In this document: positions 29,563-34,276 of the stretch, piece after piece
How positions within the stretch are numbered: the first letter of the stretch is position 1
Layout of the letters: each line of letters starts with the position of its first letter
Assembly (NCBI GenBank): GCA_039679675.1
Contig: JBDKUN010000014.1
Span: 1-34,276 of the forward strand
DNA: 34,276 nt
Origin: Armatimonadota bacterium
Lineage (GTDB): Bacteria > Armatimonadota > UBA5829 > DTLH01
Direction: 5' to 3'
Made by a program: the position numbers and the translations under genes
Notes under the pieces: generated by a model
The model's input: the letters and a program-made list of their open reading frames with translations, nothing else
Told to the model about the DNA's origin: nothing
Database searches by the model: none

Positions 29563-30393
29563 CTAATCCCGAAACCAGCGATGCCGGAACATGTGAAAAT
29601 AAGCCCGGCCAGCAAGTTTCCGGCATATTCGCGGCAGCAGCGCGATTTTTTCAGCTACCGTCGCTGAGCGCCAGTAATCGATCAGGAGCTTTGTAAGAAG
29701 TCTGTTGTCATTTAGCCTGTCTACACCATAGTTTGCATTCATCGAATGCAGCCTGTAGGAAGCAAGGGCTTCCGGCATGTAGACTATTGAACTTACCCGC
29801 GCTATCTTCAACCAGGCATCGAAATCATCGCATGTGCTGTAACGTGGTTCGAAAAGCCCGATCTCTAGAAGCGTTTCGCGCCTTACCATAGTTGCCGACG
29901 AAGTAATAACGAAGTTACCGTGGTTTATCAGCCAGATGAAGTCCGGCTGAGGAGGAATAATCGACTGATCGATAGCCAGCCGGTGTGCGTACGGCCCGAA
30001 TACATCGACTGCTGAAAATACCATTCCTGCTCCCGGTTCATTTTCCAGCTCATGCACTTGTTTTTCGAGCTTTTCAGGAGCCCAGAGGTCATCATGGTCC
30101 AGAAACGCCAGATATTCACCCGCTGCGGCTCGAACCCCGGTGTTTCGGGACTCGGCATGTCCGAGATTAGCCTCGTTTCGGATGTACCGTAAGCCAGGAA
30201 GCCCTTCGATTCTATCCAAAACCGGCTTTATATCTCGTGGGGAAACATCGTCGACTATGATTACTTCGAAACCCCTGAACGTCTGCCGGGCGACCGACTC
30301 CAGCGCTTCAGCCAGGTAGGCTTCATGCTGCTCGGAAGCACAGTACACCGGGATTATCACCGAAACCTGAGGAGCTACACCTGTATCATTCAC
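29563..30393 (-). CDS. Glycosyltransferase family 2
   Basis: VSVIIPVY; FEVIIVDDVS; NLGHAESRNTG; EYLAFLDHDDLWAPEKLEKQV; CDDFDAWLK. Confidence 0.92.
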   Translation of the reverse strand: MNDTGVAPQVSVIIPVYCASEQHEAYLAEALESVARQTFRGFEVIIVDDVSPRDIKPVLDRIEGLPGLRYIRNEANLGHAESRNTGVRAAAGEYLAFLDHDDLWAPEKLEKQVHELENEPGAGMVFSAVDVFGPYAHRLAIDQSIIPPQPDFIWLINHGNFVITSSATMVRRETLLEIGLFEPRYSTCDDFDAWLKIARVSSIVYMPEALASYRLHSMNANYGVDRLNDNRLLTKLLIDYWRSATVAEKIALLPRICRKLAGRAYFHMFRHRWFRD

Positions 30394-30455
30394 ATCTATA
30401 TATTATCCGTTTTTGCTGAGATACGCCAGATGCACGGTTAGGAGCCGGGAGACGC

Positions 30456-30485
30456 TTGATTCGCAATTGGCTGGGCTGGTATACT
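30456..30485 (+). promoter_or_regulatory. Candidate promoter for panD
   Basis: TTGATT, 18 bp spacer with TG, TATACT. Confidence 0.5.
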
Positions 30486-30519
30486 TAACTCGCAAAAAAG
30501 TTCGGAGGCAATATAAATA

Positions 30520-30867
30520 GTGAGGCTGTTAAACCTCTGCAAGAGCAAAATACACAGAGCAACAGTGACATGTTGTGACATAAACTACGTCGGAAGCATC
30601 ACCATCGACGAAGACCTGATGGACGCAAGCGGGTTGATCGACGGTGAGTACGTGCATGTTTGGAACGTCAATAACGGCGAAAGGTTCGAGACTTACGCTA
30701 TCCCCGGCCCCAGAGGCTCCGGTGTGATCTGCGTGAACGGTGCTGCGGCAAGAAGATGCATGCTGGGCGACAAGGTCATAATCGTCGCGTTCGTACTTAC
30801 CGATGAGCCGGTCACAAGACAGGTCGTCCTTGTGGATGATGCCAATAAGATAACGCAGAAGCTCTAA
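30520..30867 (+). CDS. panD: Aspartate 1-decarboxylase (pyruvoyl-dependent)
   Basis: [18 protein letters not shown] self-cleavage site; [29 protein letters not shown] with GTG start. Confidence 0.95.
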   Translation: MRLLNLCKSKIHRATVTCCDINYVGSITIDEDLMDASGLIDGEYVHVWNVNNGERFETYAIPGPRGSGVICVNGAAARRCMLGDKVIIVAFVLTDEPVTRQVVLVDDANKITQKL

Positions 30868-30931
30868 AATCGAGAGATCTCCGATGACTGCCAACCAGTT
30901 AATGTAAAACTCTCCAGAGTTCAAGTTTTGC

Positions 30932-30959
30932 TTGACAACCCGGCGGGCTATGGTATAAT
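30932..30959 (+). promoter_or_regulatory. sigma70-type promoter for tRNA-Val
   Basis: TTGACA (30932-30937), 16 bp spacer with extended TG, TATAAT (30954-30959). Confidence 0.8.
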
Positions 30960-30999
30960 ATAACCCGTCGGTGTTAATACACCGGCACACTCCAGGCTT

Positions 31000-31074
31000 G
31001 GGCGGTTAGATCAGGGGGAGATCGCTTCGTTGACACCGAAGAGGCCACAAGTTCAAATCTTGTACCGCCCACCA
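31000..31074 (+). tRNA. tRNA-Val (anticodon GAC)
   Basis: Acceptor GGGCGGT/ACCGCCC; D-stem GATC/GATC; anticodon arm CTTCG-TTGACAC-CGAAG; T-arm ACAAG-TTCAAAT-CTTGT; ACCA end. Confidence 0.96.
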
Positions 31075-31091
31075 TTCCTATTTTTAAGCTC

Positions 31092-31129
31092 AGAATAGAT
31101 CACTTCGGGGATTCCGATGTGGTCTTTCT
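31092..31129 (+). terminator. Imperfect hairpin after tRNA-Val
   Basis: AGAATAGATCACTTCGG...CCGATGTGGTCTTTCT. Confidence 0.45.
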
Positions 31130-31334
31130 AATGTACGCTTTTTCGGAAACGAAGTGATCACATTACCTGACTAGGATAGCTCCTCTATCTTCCACAGAAG
31201 ACTTTGCCGTAGACTTTCCCTGTGTGTTTTTATATCCTTAGTGTAGTGCATTTGCCGCTTTTCCTCAAGCAATCAGACGTGACAAAGTGTAGCTGTTTGG
31301 ATAATATAGAGAAGTATTGATGAGGATTAACTTG

Positions 31335-31850
31335 CTATTCTTGATCGTCTTTTTTGAGTATCTGCAGTCTATCTCGGCGTTCTGCCCGTTTTGAGTTAGT
31401 GCCATAGATAAAGGTGCCGATTATACTCCCAACATCTCCGAGGAATATCCCTCCAGCAAGAATGTCATGTCCATGCATACCTAAATATGCAGCTGATGCA
31501 AGCCCACCAATGCCGATTATTCCACCTATGATGATACCAGCCCAAGCCCGTTTTCCATCACCGTTTACAACGCAGCTTTCTAATCCCATTCGGTGCCGTG
31601 CTTGCTCTCCTAAAAGGTCTGTATGTGCCTCGTACGTGCATAGGATACGATTGGCTGCTCCAGGAAGGATTTGTTCATACTTAGCAAGTTCGTCTGCGGA
31701 AGGTATAGGTCCACATATTAATTGCTGTGATATTTGAACAAGCCGCAACTCTTCCGCAGTAACATCATGTTGTGTAGAAGCATGCAAGCTCGTCTGCGGA
31801 TTATCTATTTGCCCAGATTTAGGGATGATTTTATTTTTATCTTTCGACAC
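31335..31850 (-). CDS. DUF2335-like predicted membrane protein (start uncertain: GTG 31850 or an upstream ATG)
   Basis: GPIPSADELAKYEQILPGAANRIL...EQARHRMGLE followed by two hydrophobic helices (AGIIIGGIIGIGGLASAAYLG; ILAGGIFLGDVGSIIGTFIYG). Confidence 0.8.
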   Translation of the reverse strand: MSKDKNKIIPKSGQIDNPQTSLHASTQHDVTAEELRLVQISQQLICGPIPSADELAKYEQILPGAANRILCTYEAHTDLLGEQARHRMGLESCVVNGDGKRAWAGIIIGGIIGIGGLASAAYLGMHGHDILAGGIFLGDVGSIIGTFIYGTNSKRAERRDRLQILKKDDQE

Positions 31851-32136
31851 GTTCTTGTTCTTCCCGCAAACGCTCGTAGTCTTCTCGCAAGTGCTCATGT
31901 TTTTCTCGCACTTGGGCTTGTATCTGCCGGATGTGTTCCTCACGATCACAGGATGCTTGTACCACATCAGCATCCTGTCTAAGAGCAGCTATATCTGCCC
32001 GAAATGCCAGTTCGTCAGCTTCTACCCCTGTTTGGGAGCCATTATACTCATTGAGCGTACCACCCAAATCCAGTATACGCGCTATTCCTTCAATAAAAGA
32101 AGGACGAGCCATAAGAATCATACTAACGTCATTCAT
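31837..32136 (-). CDS. Small hypothetical protein overlapping the DUF2335 gene
   Basis: AAGGGG RBS + ATG 32136; ARPSFIEGIARILDLGGTLNEYN...EADELAF core with charged coiled-coil-like tail. Confidence 0.7.
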   Translation of the reverse strand: MNDVSMILMARPSFIEGIARILDLGGTLNEYNGSQTGVEADELAFRADIAALRQDADVVQASCDREEHIRQIQAQVREKHEHLREDYERLREEQERVER

Positions 32137-32284
32137 CTGTTTTCCCCTTGATCTAAGGCACAATCATCGGGACCATATTGTTCATGGATAGTATTCCCAT
32201 CCATCGAGTCAAATAAGCCTTACCATAATCATCGGAAACAAACAGCCACTTATATAGGCTGTTAAGATTCCCGATGTATGCTAC

Positions 32285-32346
32285 AATATGCACCAAGACG
32301 CATAAGTATGCACCTATATGCACTCTCATTGTATCCGTATTACGGA
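32285..32346. repeat. 10-bp-period TATGCAC repeats plus palindrome
   Basis: TATGCAC at 32287, 32307 and 32317, degenerate GACGCAT at 32297; TCCGTA-T-TACGGA at 32334-32346. Confidence 0.6.
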
Positions 32347-32629
32347 GAATAATCAACTTTATTTATGAATCCGATACTACCTGGGAAGATTACCTCAAGT
32401 AATTTGATTCTTCAGGTGGCCTTCCTTCTCCTGTGTCTCCTTATATATCACTGGTCCCTATCCCGGTAAAGCCCTGCCTGCTTGTTCACATCACCTTCTC
32501 AGAAATATCCCTAAACTAATATATATACAAGTTTCATAATTATATGTTTGACGCCTATAATAATAATGTAAGGCGTTGGACGCTCACTGTAGTTCCAGTA
32601 ATGACGGAGCCACGCCACAGGAGGATATT

Positions 32630-32830
32630 ATGAATGAAACTAAACGTATGCCAGGTAGACCCAAGGCACTTGATGATAAACGAGTACAGATCACGATAAC
32701 GCTGCCGCCCGATGTTGATGCGGCGCTTCGACAACGATCCAAGGCCACGAGATATACCATGTCCTATATCATTGAAGACGCACTACGGGCATTTTTAACA
32801 GAACGTGATAATAATTTCACTGAAATTTAA
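32630..32830 (+). CDS. Ribbon-helix-helix (CopG/Arc-like) DNA-binding protein
   Basis: AGGAGG RBS; GRPK...RVQITITLPPDVDAALRQRSKATRYTMSYIIEDALRAFL. Confidence 0.85.
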   Translation: MNETKRMPGRPKALDDKRVQITITLPPDVDAALRQRSKATRYTMSYIIEDALRAFLTERDNNFTEI

Positions 32831-33364
32831 GCTTTGACTTGGCAGCTTTTACGAAAAAAAACTCCACTGTATATATGGCTGTAGAGATGTAGCCCTCGCT
32901 ACCTGTGTACAACAGGGTGCAGTTTCTGTGTGGTGTCTCCCTACATGATGGTCGTATACATAGTCTACTGGTATATCACACCTGGTGTTGGGGATATTTC
33001 TGGTGTAACAGATTTATATATACGCCAAGGGCTTATGTATATGCCTCGCAGTTTGGTGGTACGCCACGGGCTTTTTCTAGCTGGTCATGGGTACATGGGC
33101 TGGTAGTCCCTGCACCCGGCTGGGTGGGTGGAAATGCCCAGTACCTGGCCTTATATGGGAGAGGTATTCTCACCAGAAAATTCCCCTAATGCAGTTGCAG
33201 GAACCCGTCCCCCGTCAAGGGACGGGTGGGAACCAAAGAGGTCTTCGCCGGTAGGTAGCAATAAAGCCATGGTAGGGGTGAAGCGACGGGAGGGTGACGG
33301 GACGGAGGAGAGAGGGGGAGGGAATCCTCCCCCTGTAAATATTAGATTATTCCAATACTATATG

Positions 33365-33388
33365 GGAACTTTGAAACTTTGAAACTTT
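33365..33388 (+). repeat. Three tandem 8-bp repeats abutting the RBS of the helicase gene
   Basis: GGAACTTT-GAAACTTT-GAAACTTT directly followed by AAGGAG. Confidence 0.75.
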
Positions 33389-33404
33389 AAGGAGAAGACG
33401 TGAA

Positions 33405-34166
33405 TTGAAACTGACGTTAGATCGCAGAACTGCACAGGAGATCGCGGATATGCTGGTGGCAAACACACCGTTCGTTGTCGAGGGTTATGTCCCACGTGGG
33501 ACATCAACTCTCATATCAGGCGAGGGCGAATCAGGTAAATCCCTCATCACGGAACATCTGGCAATGGCCGTAGCAAACGGCTTCGATTGGATGGGGCACG
33601 CCGTAGACAAGGGACCAGTAATAATTCTTGATAGGGAAAACACCGCCGAGTTTGACCTAAAGCCGCGCCTGCCAGCGCTTCGTGCAGGATTCGAGGCCGA
33701 GGGGCACGAAATCAGCCTCGAAAATATCATCATACCAGAGCTACCAGAGCGGTTCGCACTCAACGACCTCGACAGCATTCTGGCCCTGTCCGAGCTATGT
33801 GAGTCAGTCAAGCCCACGCTTGTCATTGTGGACAGCCTCGGCGATTTCATAACGGGTGGCGACAGCAACAGTGCGGACAGCATGTTCACCGTATTCAACA
33901 ATGTAAATTCACTGATGAGGAAACACAATTGCGCTGCCCTGGTTATACACCACCTCAGAAAACGCGGTGACGGCAGCAACGGCAATAACAGCGCAGGTCA
34001 GAGGGTCCGGGGTTCGGGTGCTATCAGAGACACCGTGCGTTCAAACATAGCAGTCAGCAAAACGAAATCCGGGCTAATAACAATCGAGCACGAGAAATCG
34101 AATCGTGGACAGACCATGGACAGGCTCACCGTCCAGCTTGTGGCCACAGATGTCAATAGGCATTGA
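33405..34166 (+). pseudogene. AAA_25 / RepA-like (RecA-fold) helicase gene, interrupted at its 3' end by IS21
   Basis: Walker A GEGESGKS; VIILDREN; Walker B LVIVDSL; LVIHHLRK; RGSGA; EKSNRG; last codons and stop come from the IS end beginning at 34151. Confidence 0.8.
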
Positions 34167-34276
34167 AAATTGACCCACCATCGGCGTCGAAAATTGACCC
34201 ACCTCCAGTGGCTATTTTGTTGTAGAATTCCTGGTCTTTATCCTCCAGCTATCATTGCCGGTCTCGATGATTTCGC
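34151..34276 (-). mobile_element. IS21-family insertion sequence, istB-proximal end, partial
   Basis: Terminal TGTCAA at 34151; two GAAAATTGACCCACC repeats (34165-34179, 34189-34203; 24-bp period); istB 3' end adjacent. Confidence 0.88.
34212..34276 (-). CDS. istB: IS21 helper ATPase IstB, C-terminal fragment
   Basis: Minus strand reads EIIETGNDSWRIKTRNSTTK*, matching the IstB C-terminal (I/L)ETGNDS(W/Y)R motif. Confidence 0.85.
   Translation of the reverse strand, partial: EIIETGNDSWRIKTRNSTTK

Larger units (their letters stand above)
31075..34276. mobile_element. Probable integrated element / genomic island adjacent to tRNA-Val, extends beyond window
   Basis: Switch from housekeeping genes to a DUF2335 pair, RHH, AAA_25 helicase and IS21 directly after a tRNA 3' end; no integrase or second att copy visible. 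Confidence 0.55.

Noticed and set aside
32153..32356. 67-aa minus-strand ORF
   Set aside because: No recognisable motif or RBS, and its hydrophobic stretch derives from the 10-bp DNA repeats
32905..33382. ORFs 32905..33189 and 33128..33382
   Set aside because: No RBS, and odd composition explained by the TGGT and G-rich motifs; treated as non-coding

Overview
Bacterial chromosomal window, probably from the phylum Armatimonadota; this is an inference from a recurrent C-terminal protein domain, not from a marker gene. tRNA-Leu(CAG) lies at the left end and tRNA-Val(GAC) near the right. Between them are two giant (~2100 aa) secreted paralogs built from 6 and 5 tandem Asn/Cys-rich parallel beta-helix modules, a non-catalytic multi-CBM protein divergent from a TetR gene, and an S8 (KP-43-like) protease. 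The same stretch holds three glycoside-hydrolase-like genes, darA-holB, a GT2 and panD. The most striking observation is that four secreted proteins with three unrelated types of cargo all end in the same ~200-aa C-terminal module (only its first half in the protease). This suggests a lineage-specific surface-sorting/anchoring signal. Downstream of tRNA-Val is an island-like region: a small protein plus DUF2335 membrane-protein pair, a ribbon-helix-helix gene, a repeat/hairpin-rich origin-like spacer, and an AAA_25/RepA-like helicase gene cut by the end of an IS21 element (istB 3' end at the window edge). All family assignments come from motif recognition by eye; no database search was run.
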